From Spirochaetia bacterium (GTDB lineage Bacteria; Spirochaetota; Spirochaetia; SZUA-6; Bin103), in NCBI GenBank assembly GCA_965208575.1, contig CBDBOV010000006.1, forward strand, positions 791,808 through 855,807: DNA of 64,000 nucleotides. Direction: 5' to 3'. The translations under genes were made by a program, and so were the position numbers. The notes beneath the pieces were generated by a model, which saw nothing but the letters and a program-made list of their open reading frames with translations, ran no database searches and had not been told where the DNA came from. This document shows, in pieces, positions 24,596-33,576 of the stretch; position 1 is the first letter of the stretch; every line of letters starts with the position of its first letter.

Positions 24596-26401
24596 ATGAA
24601 GATATTCTTCACCCGGACTTTCGCGGTTGCGGTAGTCCTGGTGCTGACCGCAACCGGCCTCTGGGCCGCCGGCGCAGAAGAGGCGCCGGCAGCCGCCGCC
24701 GACAAGCAGTATGTGACCGACCCCACCACCGGCAAGGTGGTGTCCGCGCCAGAGTATGGCGGGACAATAACCTACGCGCTATCAACAGACCTTCCGGGAC
24801 CTGACACCGTGCTCACTGGTGGAGCGGCGGCTCACTCCGCCGGTCCCGTTGTAGAGAAGCTGGGCGCCGCAGACTGGGCAGCTCCCAGGGACATGTTCTC
24901 GTTCAACATCTATGAACTCAATATTCCTGCTAACACGAGAGGGGTGCTGGCGGAGAGCTGGTCGCAACCCGACCCACTGACGTATATCATCAAAGTCCGC
25001 CAGGGCGTTCACTGGCATGATAAGGCACCGATGAACGGCCGGGAGCTGACTGCCGAGGATGTCGAGTACAACTTTCATCGTATGGTGGGTATAGGTAGCG
25101 GTTTCACCGAGAAGAGCCCTATGGCTTATAGCTTCCGAGCTGGGGAATTCGACTCGATAACGGCCACCGACCAATCGACGGTTGTTTTTAGGATGAACAA
25201 GCCCCGCCTCAGTGCGCTGGCTTCTATCCTCGACGACTGGTCTGCCTGGATATATCCCCCCGAGGTGATCAAGGAACACGGGGATGTTTCGGATTGGAGA
25301 AACCTCGTCGGAACCGGACCCATGATGATGACTGGCTGGACCAAAGACAGCTCTCGCACCTATGAGAGGAATCCGGACTACTGGGGCTACGACGAGAAAT
25401 ACCCCGAGAACCGCTTGCCCTACATTGACCGGCTGAGGGGCCTGGTTATGCCCGAAGTCGCAACACGAACGGCTGCACTGCGCTCGGGTCAGGTTGATTA
25501 CGTAGGTGCGCTCGGCTTAACTTCATTGAGGAATCTCGACCAGGTAGAGAGCCTCCAGCGCACCAACCCCGAAATCCTGATATCGTCGTATACGTTTCGG
25601 AATGATGGTGCTGTTGGGTTGAACGTTCAGCTAGAGCCCTTTGACGACATCAGAGTGCGCAAGGCCATGCAGATGGCAATAAACCTCGATGAAATCAACA
25701 ATTCCTACTTTGGAGGGTTTGGAGATACGACGCCTCAGGGGAAGGTAAGCAGGTCTTATACAGCGGCTGTCACCCAATTCGAAGATTGGCCCGAAGATGT
25801 CAAGAAGGTCTTTGACTACGACCCGGAAGGTGCCGAAGCGTTGCTTGATGAGGCCGGTTATCCTCGCGGCGCCGACGGTATCAGATTCAAGACCAGGTTC
25901 TTGCATCTCGAGCGGTACGATTTGAACTATACGCAATTGATCACTTCATACTGGAACAAGATTGGCATCGATGTAGTAGACATTGCGGTAGAACCATCAC
26001 CTGCATTTGGCGCCAGAAGAACTGCCAAGGATTACGAACTGATCAATCACGAGTTGGCCAACTATGGGGATCCCATAAACCACATGACGCATTATTCGAA
26101 TCGGGAGAGCAACCCATACGGGGCGCATTCCAATGTCAACGACCCCGATTATGAGGCCATGCTTGAGGCTGCCGAAGCCGCTACCACTATTGAGGAGCAG
26201 CACAGGTTAGTTCGAGAGTTGAATCAATATGGGATTGAGAAGTTCTGGATGATATGGACTCCTAATGGTCCACAATTCAACGCGATCCAACCGTGGATCA
26301 TAGGTTTCAACAACGAAAACTGGATGGGTAACGGTCAAGTCCTGGTAGTGTTCACCCGTCTGTGGATTGACCAGGATCTGAAGACGGAGATGGGTTATTA
26401 G
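24596..26401 (+). CDS. ABC substrate-binding protein, family 5
   Basis: 601 aa with signal peptide FAVAVVLVLTATGLWAAGAEEAPAAAA. Contains NPDYWGYDEKYPENRLPYIDRL. Confidence 0.9.
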   Translation: MKIFFTRTFAVAVVLVLTATGLWAAGAEEAPAAAADKQYVTDPTTGKVVSAPEYGGTITYALSTDLPGPDTVLTGGAAAHSAGPVVEKLGAADWAAPRDMFSFNIYELNIPANTRGVLAESWSQPDPLTYIIKVRQGVHWHDKAPMNGRELTAEDVEYNFHRMVGIGSGFTEKSPMAYSFRAGEFDSITATDQSTVVFRMNKPRLSALASILDDWSAWIYPPEVIKEHGDVSDWRNLVGTGPMMMTGWTKDSSRTYERNPDYWGYDEKYPENRLPYIDRLRGLVMPEVATRTAALRSGQVDYVGALGLTSLRNLDQVESLQRTNPEILISSYTFRNDGAVGLNVQLEPFDDIRVRKAMQMAINLDEINNSYFGGFGDTTPQGKVSRSYTAAVTQFEDWPEDVKKVFDYDPEGAEALLDEAGYPRGADGIRFKTRFLHLERYDLNYTQLITSYWNKIGIDVVDIAVEPSPAFGARRTAKDYELINHELANYGDPINHMTHYSNRESNPYGAHSNVNDPDYEAMLEAAEAATTIEEQHRLVRELNQYGIEKFWMIWTPNGPQFNAIQPWIIGFNNENWMGNGQVLVVFTRLWIDQDLKTEMGY

Positions 26402-26431
26402 GGGGTTCGCCCTCCTGATTTCACTTAGAAT

Positions 26432-26490
26432 GGAGCTGGGAAAGCGCGCGCTTCCGAGCGGCTTCCGAGCGCCGCTCCCGGCTCCTTTTT
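26432..26490 (+). terminator. Intercistronic long hairpin plus U5 (attenuator/terminator)
   Basis: ggagctggga (26432-26441) pairs with tcccggctcc (26476-26485) with one G-U pair, then ttttt (26486-26490). A related ggagctggg...cccagctcc hairpin follows SBP 7631. Confidence 0.55.
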
Positions 26491-26509
26491 CATTGCGTAG
26501 GGTGTCCGC

Positions 26510-27472
26510 ATGAGAGCCTATATCATTAGGCGGTTGTTGCTGATCGTGCCGACGCTGTTCATTTTGAGCATCCTGGTCTTTCTCTCGGTACGCTTCATCC
26601 CCGGCGATGTCATCGACGTCCTGATCGGCAGGATGGCAACGTTCAATGTGCAATGGGACGTAGACCGTGAAGCTCTCGAGCGAATGCTGGGATTGGACGT
26701 GCCTGTCTACGTGCAGTATGGACGCTGGATAGGAGGTATCATCCTGGACGGCAGCCTTGGCGAATCCCTGTTTACCAGAGACTCGGTGGAACAGGCGATA
26801 TTGGAGAGACTGCCGGTCACCCTTGAGCTCGGTTTCATGGCAATCTTCATCGGGCTCGTGATCGCGCTGCCGGTGGGCATCTACTCGGCGATGCGCCAGG
26901 ATACCGCAGCCGACTTCCTGGGGCGCTCGGTCGCCATCATCGGTCTGGCCACGCCGAACTTCTGGCTCGGCATCATGGTCATGATCTACCCGACCATCTG
27001 GTGGGGCTGGGCGCCGCCGCTGGAGCTGGTTACTTTTCCAGAAGACCCGCTGGGCAATCTGGCGGTGTTCATCATTCCCAGCCTGATTCTGGGTACCGCC
27101 GCGGCTGCCGGCACCATGCGGATGACGCGCACCATGATGCTGGAGGTGCTGAGGCAGGATTATGTCAGGACGGCTTGGTCGAAGGGTCTGAAGGAGCGTG
27201 TGGTCGTCATGCGCCACGCGGTCAAGAACGCACTCATCCCGGTGGTGTCGCTGATCGGCCTGCAGTTGCCGATCCTGGTGGGGGGCGCCGTGATCATGGA
27301 GAACATCTTCAACCTGCCGGGCCTCGGCCGTCTCTTGCTGAGTGCCCTCAATGAGCGAGACTATCCGATGGTCTCCGGAATCAACCTGTTTTTCGCCGCT
27401 GGGGTGGTGGTGATCAATCTGCTCATCGACGTGCTCTACGCGATCCTCGATCCCCGGGTCCGCTATGACTGA
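26510..27472 (+). CDS. ABC permease, OppB/DppB family
   Basis: Reads MRAYIIRRLLLIVPTLF...RMTRTMMLEVLRQDYVRTAWSKGL...VLYAILDPRVRYD. Confidence 0.9.
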   Translation: MRAYIIRRLLLIVPTLFILSILVFLSVRFIPGDVIDVLIGRMATFNVQWDVDREALERMLGLDVPVYVQYGRWIGGIILDGSLGESLFTRDSVEQAILERLPVTLELGFMAIFIGLVIALPVGIYSAMRQDTAADFLGRSVAIIGLATPNFWLGIMVMIYPTIWWGWAPPLELVTFPEDPLGNLAVFIIPSLILGTAAAAGTMRMTRTMMLEVLRQDYVRTAWSKGLKERVVVMRHAVKNALIPVVSLIGLQLPILVGGAVIMENIFNLPGLGRLLLSALNERDYPMVSGINLFFAAGVVVINLLIDVLYAILDPRVRYD

Positions 27473-27551
27473 GTTGTTTCACACGCTGGTCAAAGCGAAG
27501 CCGTGGAGCGTCATCGCCGGGCTGGTCGTCAATGCCCTGGGGGCGCTATGA
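27465..27551 (+). other. 28-codon mini-ORF created by tandem duplication of the oppC 5-prime end
   Basis: tATGACTGAgttgtttcacacgctggtcaaagcgaagccgtggagcgtcatcgccgggctggtc repeats tATGACTGAattccttacaaggctggtcaaggagaagccactgagcatcgtcgccggggtggtc. It encodes MTELFHTLVKAKPWSVIAGLVVNALGAL, and its stop overlaps the real oppC ATG (ATGA). Confidence 0.6.
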
Positions 27552-28423
27552 CTGAATTCCTTACAAGGCTGGTCAAGGAGAAGCCACTGAGCATCGTCGC
27601 CGGGGTGGTCATCATGTTGTTGATCCTGGTGGCGATCTTTGCCGATGTTCTGGCCCCGTACCCGCATGACGAAGTCAACATCGTGGACCGGATGCAGCCG
27701 CCCTCCAACCGGTATCTGTTGGGCACCGACCAGTTGGGGCGCGACCTGCTCAGCCGCCTCGTGTTCGGCGCCCGGATTTCGCTGACCGTCGGCTTGGCGG
27801 CGACCACGGTCAACGTCGTGGTGGCGGTGCTGATCGGCGGCATCTCGGGATTCTTCGGCGGCAGACTGGACCTGGCGATGCAGCGCTTCGTCGACGCCTG
27901 GATGGCGTTCCCGGGCCTGCTGCTGTTGCTCACCATCATGTCGCTGGTGGGGCGGGGGCTGCCGCAGATCATCGTGGTGCTGGGGGTAACGGGCGGCATC
28001 GGCGGCTCGCGAGTGGTCCGCGGCGCGGTGATCGGCGTCAAGGAGAATGCCTACTTTCAGGCGGCCGAGGCGATCGGCGGCACCCGGTGGAGAACCCTGA
28101 TCCATCACGTCCTGCCCAACATCGCGGCTCCGGTGATCATCATCTTCACCATCAACGTGGGTGGCGTGATCATCAGCGAGGCTGCGCTGAGCTTCCTGGG
28201 ATTCGGGCTGCCGATCTCGGTGCCGAGCTGGGGCGGGATGCTGAGCCGGGAAGGGCGCGAGTTCATGGAGGTGGCGCCGCGGCTGGCGCTGTGGCCGGGG
28301 CTGTGCCTGACGATTGTCGTGTACTGCCTGAACATGTTCGGCGACGCGGTGCGCGACCTGCTCGACCCGCGGCTGCGGGGCGGCGGCGGCCGTCTCGGCG
28401 CCGATCGCGCTGCGTCAGTGTAG
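27548..28423 (+). CDS. ABC permease, OppC/DppC family
   Basis: Reads MTEFLTRLVKEKPLSIVAGVVIMLLILVAIFADVLAPY...LGTDQLGRDLLSRLVFGARIS...NMFGDAVRDLLDPRLRGGGGRLGADRAASV. Confidence 0.9.
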   Translation: MTEFLTRLVKEKPLSIVAGVVIMLLILVAIFADVLAPYPHDEVNIVDRMQPPSNRYLLGTDQLGRDLLSRLVFGARISLTVGLAATTVNVVVAVLIGGISGFFGGRLDLAMQRFVDAWMAFPGLLLLLTIMSLVGRGLPQIIVVLGVTGGIGGSRVVRGAVIGVKENAYFQAAEAIGGTRWRTLIHHVLPNIAAPVIIIFTINVGGVIISEAALSFLGFGLPISVPSWGGMLSREGREFMEVAPRLALWPGLCLTIVVYCLNMFGDAVRDLLDPRLRGGGGRLGADRAASV

Positions 28424-28739
28424 GGTAGCCCGCTGATCGGGCGGCTGTGAGGCGGGCAGCCGCGCGCCGTGCGTGAACGAGACGGTGGGCGCGCCGATCT
28501 GGAAGCGAGAGCGCACTTCCGCCGCAACGGCATCGCAGAACACCAACTCCGGATGGCTGCAGGGGACGATGGAGAACCACCGGGAGCAGGAGCGTGACAC
28601 GGGGCGGACTTTATGCAGTAGCGGCGACGCGGTAAGATGAGGCGATGGTGCACCGTGACGACACGGCGGTTGACAGCCCGGCAGGGCGAAAGACGGCTGT
28701 GTCAGGCTGCATGACTCCAGCGGGTAACAGGATCTACCA

Positions 28740-30287
28740 ATGACGCGACGACGGCTGCCCATCGGCATCCAGACCTTCCGCGAGTTGCGCGAAGAGGACT
28801 GCTACTACGTGGACAAGACCGGCTACATCGATCGGCTGCGCCACGAAGGCAAGCATTATTTCCTGTCGCGCCCGCGGCGGTTCGGCAAGAGCCTGTTCCT
28901 GGACACGCTGAAGGAGCTGTTCGAAGGCAGCGAGGAGCTGTTCGCGGGGCTCTACATACACGACCGCCACGACTGGTCGGAGCGCCATCCGGTGGTGCGG
29001 CTGAGTTTCGGCGGCAGCAGCTTCACGGAGCCCGCACATCTGCACGCCAACGTGCTGGCGCAGTTGGAGGGGGCGGCGGAAGAGCACGGTGTGAACGTGC
29101 GCTACGCCACTGCGCCGGAGCGGTTCGCGCATCTGCTCAGGACTGTGCACGCACGCGCCGGGCAGCGCGTGGTGGTGCTTGTCGACGAGTATGACAAGCC
29201 GATCCTGGACGCGCTGGAGACGCCGGAGGTGGCGCGCGCCAACCGCGGCTATCTGCGCGGGCTGTACGGCGTGATCAAGGACAGCGACGCGCACGTGCGG
29301 TTCGCGTTTCTCACGGGCATCAGCAAGTTCTCGAAAGTCAATCTCTTTTCGCAACTGAACAACCTCACCGACATCACGCTGGATCCGGTGTACTCCTCGA
29401 TCTGCGGCTACACGGAGGGTGACCTGGAGACGGTGTTCGCCCCGGAACTGGCCGGCCTGGATCGAGAGCGGGTACGCGAGTGGTACAATGGCTATAGTTG
29501 GCTGGGCACGGAGAAGGTGTACAACCCGTACGACGTGCTGCTGCTGTTTCGCCGCCGCAAGTTCGCCGCCCACTGGTTCGAAACCGGGACGCCGGCGTTT
29601 CTGGTGGACACGCTGTTTCAGCGACGGGTGGCGTCGGTGTCACTGGACCAGAAGGTGAGCACGGAGGAACTGCTGTCGACGTTCGACGTAGACCGAATCG
29701 GCACCGAGGCGTTACTGTTCCAGACTGGCTACCTGACGATTACGGGGGAAGAGGAACTGGGCGGGGAGGCGCTGTATCGGCTGGGCTATCCGAACCGGGA
29801 GGTGCGGCAGAGTCTGAACCGGGTGCTGCTACGCCATCTCGTGCAGGACGCGGAGGGGCAGACGGCCAACAGCATCCGCCTGGCGCGACTGCTGGATGCG
29901 CACGACTGCACCGGCCTGAAGGAACTGTTCCACGCCTTCTTCGCGAGCATTCCGTATCAGTGGTACACGAACAACCACATCGCCGACTACGAGGGCTTCT
30001 ACGCGAGCGTGTTCTACTCCTACTTCGCCGCGCTGGGGTATGAGATCGCGGTGGAGGAATCGAGCAGCCACGGGCGGCTGGACATGGCGGTGCGCACGAG
30101 CGGGCACGTGTACCTGTTCGAGTTCAAGGTGGTGGAGATGGCGCCGCCGGGGTCTGCGTTGGCGCAACTCCAGAGCCGGGACTACGCGGCCAAGTACCGT
30201 CACTTGAACGAACCGATCCACCTGGTCGCCGTGGAGTTCAGCCGCGAGACGCGCAACGTGACGGCGTTCGAGGTGGCCGACGGCTGA
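28740..30287 (+). CDS. AAA-ATPase_like + PD-(D/E)XK (PDDEXK_9) family protein
   Basis: 515 aa. N-terminus reads LPIGIQTFRELREEDCYYVDKTGYIDRLRHEGKHYFLSRPRRFGKSLF. The C-terminal motif is EESSSHGRLDMAV...VYLFEFKV. It is a paralog of 21961-23721. Confidence 0.8.
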   Translation: MTRRRLPIGIQTFRELREEDCYYVDKTGYIDRLRHEGKHYFLSRPRRFGKSLFLDTLKELFEGSEELFAGLYIHDRHDWSERHPVVRLSFGGSSFTEPAHLHANVLAQLEGAAEEHGVNVRYATAPERFAHLLRTVHARAGQRVVVLVDEYDKPILDALETPEVARANRGYLRGLYGVIKDSDAHVRFAFLTGISKFSKVNLFSQLNNLTDITLDPVYSSICGYTEGDLETVFAPELAGLDRERVREWYNGYSWLGTEKVYNPYDVLLLFRRRKFAAHWFETGTPAFLVDTLFQRRVASVSLDQKVSTEELLSTFDVDRIGTEALLFQTGYLTITGEEELGGEALYRLGYPNREVRQSLNRVLLRHLVQDAEGQTANSIRLARLLDAHDCTGLKELFHAFFASIPYQWYTNNHIADYEGFYASVFYSYFAALGYEIAVEESSSHGRLDMAVRTSGHVYLFEFKVVEMAPPGSALAQLQSRDYAAKYRHLNEPIHLVAVEFSRETRNVTAFEVADG

Positions 30288-30302
30288 CGCCGGCGCGGCC
30301 GG

Positions 30303-31490
30303 TCAGCGTGCGAGTACGGACGGGGCCAGGTCGCCGATCGAGGAGTTGAGGTCGTCGTCCTGGTTCGGGCAGGAGGAGTCGACGTGGCCCGGGTTGGCGG
30401 TCGGGGGCAGCGGCGTGTCGTACTGGTAGCCGGGCTCGGTCTGCTGCCGCTTCCAGGTGGCGCGCAACTCCCGGAACGCCGCGACCGCGTTCTTCGCCAC
30501 CGGCAGGTCGAACTCGATCGCCCTGCGCAGCTTGCGCAGGTTGTAGCACGGCACGCCGGCGTACATGTGGTGCTCCAGGTGCCAGTTCATGCGCCAGTAC
30601 ATGAACGACGACACCGGGTCGAGCCAGATGCTGCGCGTGCACTTGCGGAAGTCGGCCACGTTGTCGCGCAGCCCGCAGTGCATCGGCAGGAACACGAACA
30701 GGCGCCACCAGTTCGCCAGAAACCGGGACAGCGTGATGAACACCGGCAGCAGCCAGAGCTGAAACACGATCGCGGCCGCGATCACCGCGGCGTGGAACAG
30801 CAGGATCTTGCGCGCCCAGCGCACCGACTTGATGCGTTCCTCGGGATGCGCCTCGTACAGCGCCGCCATCCACTCGTGGGCGTCCGGCGTCAGCGGCTCG
30901 GTGTCGCCGGCGGCGTCCTTGGCCGGCGGCTTGCCGAGCGCGGTGTTGATGGTGTCCCTTACCCGTGGGATCAGTCCGTCGCAGCCCGGCCCGCCGGTCA
31001 GGTTGACGCAGAACAACTGGATGATGAACAGCACGCGCACCGCCGCCGACTGCGGCAACACCACTTCGCGGTCGCCCTCGGGGTGCAGCGTGTAGCGGTG
31101 GTGGTAGGTGTGGCTGAGCGCGTAATCGTCCGGGTTGAAGAAGGTGATCAGCGAGAACAGGCGCAGGAAGAACCGGTTCAGCGCCTTGGTGCGGAACACG
31201 GTGCCGTGATCGAGTTCGTGCGACGCCGCCCCCAGAAAGCAGGAGTAGGTGCCGTACGCGAACAGCGAGACGGCGAACAGCGCCCACTGCCGCTGGGCGA
31301 AGAAGTAGTACGTCAGCAGGGCGGTGCCGGCCAGGTAGCCGATCACCCCCAGCGCCTGCCACCAGCCCTGCAGGTCGCTGCGCCGCATGAGCTGCCGCAG
31401 CAGCCCCGGATCGATCGGGCTCCGATACCACTTGACGCGCAGCGTACGGCGCACGTCGGCCAGGGGAGGACGCGTAATGCTCACAACCAC
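30303..31490 (-). CDS. Membrane fatty-acid desaturase family protein
   Basis: 395 aa with histidine boxes HELDH, HTYHHRYTLH and NWHLEHHMY, plus hydrophobic segments. GTG start. Confidence 0.8.
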   Translation of the reverse strand: MVVSITRPPLADVRRTLRVKWYRSPIDPGLLRQLMRRSDLQGWWQALGVIGYLAGTALLTYYFFAQRQWALFAVSLFAYGTYSCFLGAASHELDHGTVFRTKALNRFFLRLFSLITFFNPDDYALSHTYHHRYTLHPEGDREVVLPQSAAVRVLFIIQLFCVNLTGGPGCDGLIPRVRDTINTALGKPPAKDAAGDTEPLTPDAHEWMAALYEAHPEERIKSVRWARKILLFHAAVIAAAIVFQLWLLPVFITLSRFLANWWRLFVFLPMHCGLRDNVADFRKCTRSIWLDPVSSFMYWRMNWHLEHHMYAGVPCYNLRKLRRAIEFDLPVAKNAVAAFRELRATWKRQQTEPGYQYDTPLPPTANPGHVDSSCPNQDDDLNSSIGDLAPSVLAR

Positions 31491-31571
31491 CAGCGTTTAC
31501 AACCCGGTGCCCCGGCTGTCAAGTCCCTTGTGGTGTGGTGGTGGTGTGCCGGGCGGCGGGTGGCGGCGTGG

Positions 31572-33308
31572 TCAGGATCCACGCGCGATGGTCAGCAGGT
31601 GGCCGGGCTCGATGCCGGGGACGGCGGAGGTGGCGCCGTCGGGCCAGGTCACGGTGAGCGCCAGCGGTCCTGGATCGGCGGGGAGCCCGAAGTGGACGCG
31701 GGCCGGCTCGCTCGACAGGTAGCCGCTGGCCACACGCACCTCGCGCAGGTAGGTGGCGGACGTGGAGGCGAGCTGCAGCCGGGCGCCAATCGCGCGCGGG
31801 TTGGGCGAGCCGGGCCAGCGCAGGTCGACTTCGACGCTGGTGCCTGGCGCGCCGGCGGTGGCGCCGCACACCTGGTTCTCGAACAGGATCGCCGGGGCGG
31901 CGACGTTGTTCACCACCAGGTCGAGGTCGCCGTCCAGGTCGAGGTCGGCCATCGCCATGCCGCGCCCGCCCTCGGTGGCGGCCAGCCCCCACTCCGGGGC
32001 CGGCATGAAGCCTGCGGCGCCGGTGTTGCGCAGCGCCTGGTTCTCTTCGATCAGCTCGGCGCCGGGCAAGTGTTCGAACACCATGCCGATCATGCCGTTG
32101 ACGGCGTACACGTCGAGCAGGCCGTCGTGGTCCAGGTCGCCGAACTGCACCGACCAGGTCCAGCCGGTGGCGGCCAGCCCGCGCTCCGGCGCCCGGTTGA
32201 CGTAGCTGCCGTCCGCGGCGCGCACCTGCAGCACGTTGGCCACAATCTGCACCTCGTCGCCCTGCTCGGGGCGCTGCCCGTTCCAGATCGGCGCCCACTC
32301 TGCGTCCACGTCGGCGCCCTCGCGGTAGGGCTGCATGTCCGCCGCCAGCAGCTCGACGGTGCCGTCGTTGTCGACGTCGCCCTCGGCGTAGCCCATGGTG
32401 TTGAAGGTGGTGTGTAGGAACGGCTGCCCCAGGCGCCAGCCGAACTCGGTGTTCAGGTAGACGTAGTCTGGGGTGTCGTAGTCGTTGCCGACCAGGATGT
32501 CGCGGCGGCCGTCGTGGTCCAGGTCGAGCAGTGCGATCGCCAGCGCCTCCGCCTGGCGCGCCAGCGGAAACGAGCGCAGCCGCTCGCCGGTGTTCTCGTA
32601 GTAGAACACGCCGCCGTCGAGCGGCGTCCTGGTGTCGGTGCCGGCGGCGAAGTTGAGGTACACCTCCCGCATGCGCAGCTTCTCCAGTTCGGCGTCGTAC
32701 GACGCGCCCACCAGGTCCAGGTCGAGGTCGCCGTCCAGGTCGGCCCAGGCCATGGCGTAGATCGGGAACCAGCTAATGAAGTCCGCGTCGTCCGGCACCG
32801 CCGCGAAGGAGCGCTCGCCCACCCCGCGCCACCACTGCGGCCGCCGGCCGGAGCGGGTCACCGCCAGGTCCATGGCGCCGTCGCCGTCCAGGTCGAGCGC
32901 GTTGATCGCGCGCGTGGCCTCCGCAGCCATCTCGACGCGCTCGAAGCGCAGCCCGCCGCGGTTCCACAGCAGCGTGACCGGGGCGCGCAGTCCGGCGAGG
33001 GCGATGTCGATCAGGCCGTCGCCGTCCAGGTCGGCGAGCGCCACGCCGGCGCCGTTGCCGTCGAACATCAACGGCGGGTCGCCCTCCATCAGCGTGGCGT
33101 GGGGCAGGTCGTGGCGCACGAACCCTCCGCTGCACGCCGGCGCGGCCGCCCACGGGGTGCGCGCAACCTCCACCGGCACCACCTCGGCGCCGGCCGCGGC
33201 CGCGGCAAGCAGTCCGGCCAGCGCCACGGCGGCGCCGACAACGCCCGGCGAGGCAAGGTTGCGCGGCCTGCAGCCGAGGATGGCAGGAATGCCGGTGCAG
33301 CGGGTCAC
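31572..33308 (-). CDS. Secreted FG-GAP/VCBS repeat + ASPIC/UnbV (CRTAC1-like) protein
   Basis: Repeats DLDGDGLIDIAL, DLDGDGAMDLAV, DLDHDGRRDILV and DLDLDGDLDLVV. The C-terminus reads GARLQL...VASGYLSSEPARVHFGL. The ORF is open to 33542, but a GTG at 33308 before the signal-like GVVGAAVALAGLLAAAAAGA is the likelier start. Confidence 0.75.
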   Translation of the reverse strand: MTRCTGIPAILGCRPRNLASPGVVGAAVALAGLLAAAAAGAEVVPVEVARTPWAAAPACSGGFVRHDLPHATLMEGDPPLMFDGNGAGVALADLDGDGLIDIALAGLRAPVTLLWNRGGLRFERVEMAAEATRAINALDLDGDGAMDLAVTRSGRRPQWWRGVGERSFAAVPDDADFISWFPIYAMAWADLDGDLDLDLVGASYDAELEKLRMREVYLNFAAGTDTRTPLDGGVFYYENTGERLRSFPLARQAEALAIALLDLDHDGRRDILVGNDYDTPDYVYLNTEFGWRLGQPFLHTTFNTMGYAEGDVDNDGTVELLAADMQPYREGADVDAEWAPIWNGQRPEQGDEVQIVANVLQVRAADGSYVNRAPERGLAATGWTWSVQFGDLDHDGLLDVYAVNGMIGMVFEHLPGAELIEENQALRNTGAAGFMPAPEWGLAATEGGRGMAMADLDLDGDLDLVVNNVAAPAILFENQVCGATAGAPGTSVEVDLRWPGSPNPRAIGARLQLASTSATYLREVRVASGYLSSEPARVHFGLPADPGPLALTVTWPDGATSAVPGIEPGHLLTIARGS

Positions 33309-33576
33309 AACGCAAGCAAGGATGCCACACTCGCACTCCGGTGGACACCGGGAATGGCTGGGGCGGGCGGGTGGGCCCGGGTGAGTCGGGTGAGTCGACG
33401 CGCGGTTGCGCGTCACCCGCGGCGGGTATAGGATGGGGGCTTTACACGGGAGGCGTGCGCTTGGGGGAGCGGTTCGGCGTTGCCGTGGCCGCGTACTTGG
33501 CCCGACGCGGGCGCAGGCGCGCAGCACAGCACTCCACGTCATCGAGATCGGGATCCACTCCCGAGGGAGTCAACGC

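Noticed and set aside
28430-28740. Possible gene remnant on the minus strand (..SHPELVFCDAVAAEVRSRFQIGAPTVSFTHGARL..) and a TTGACA at ~28670
   Set aside because: I could not assign the peptide to any family, and no acceptable -10 follows the TTGACA. It is left unannotated, though it may be another scar.
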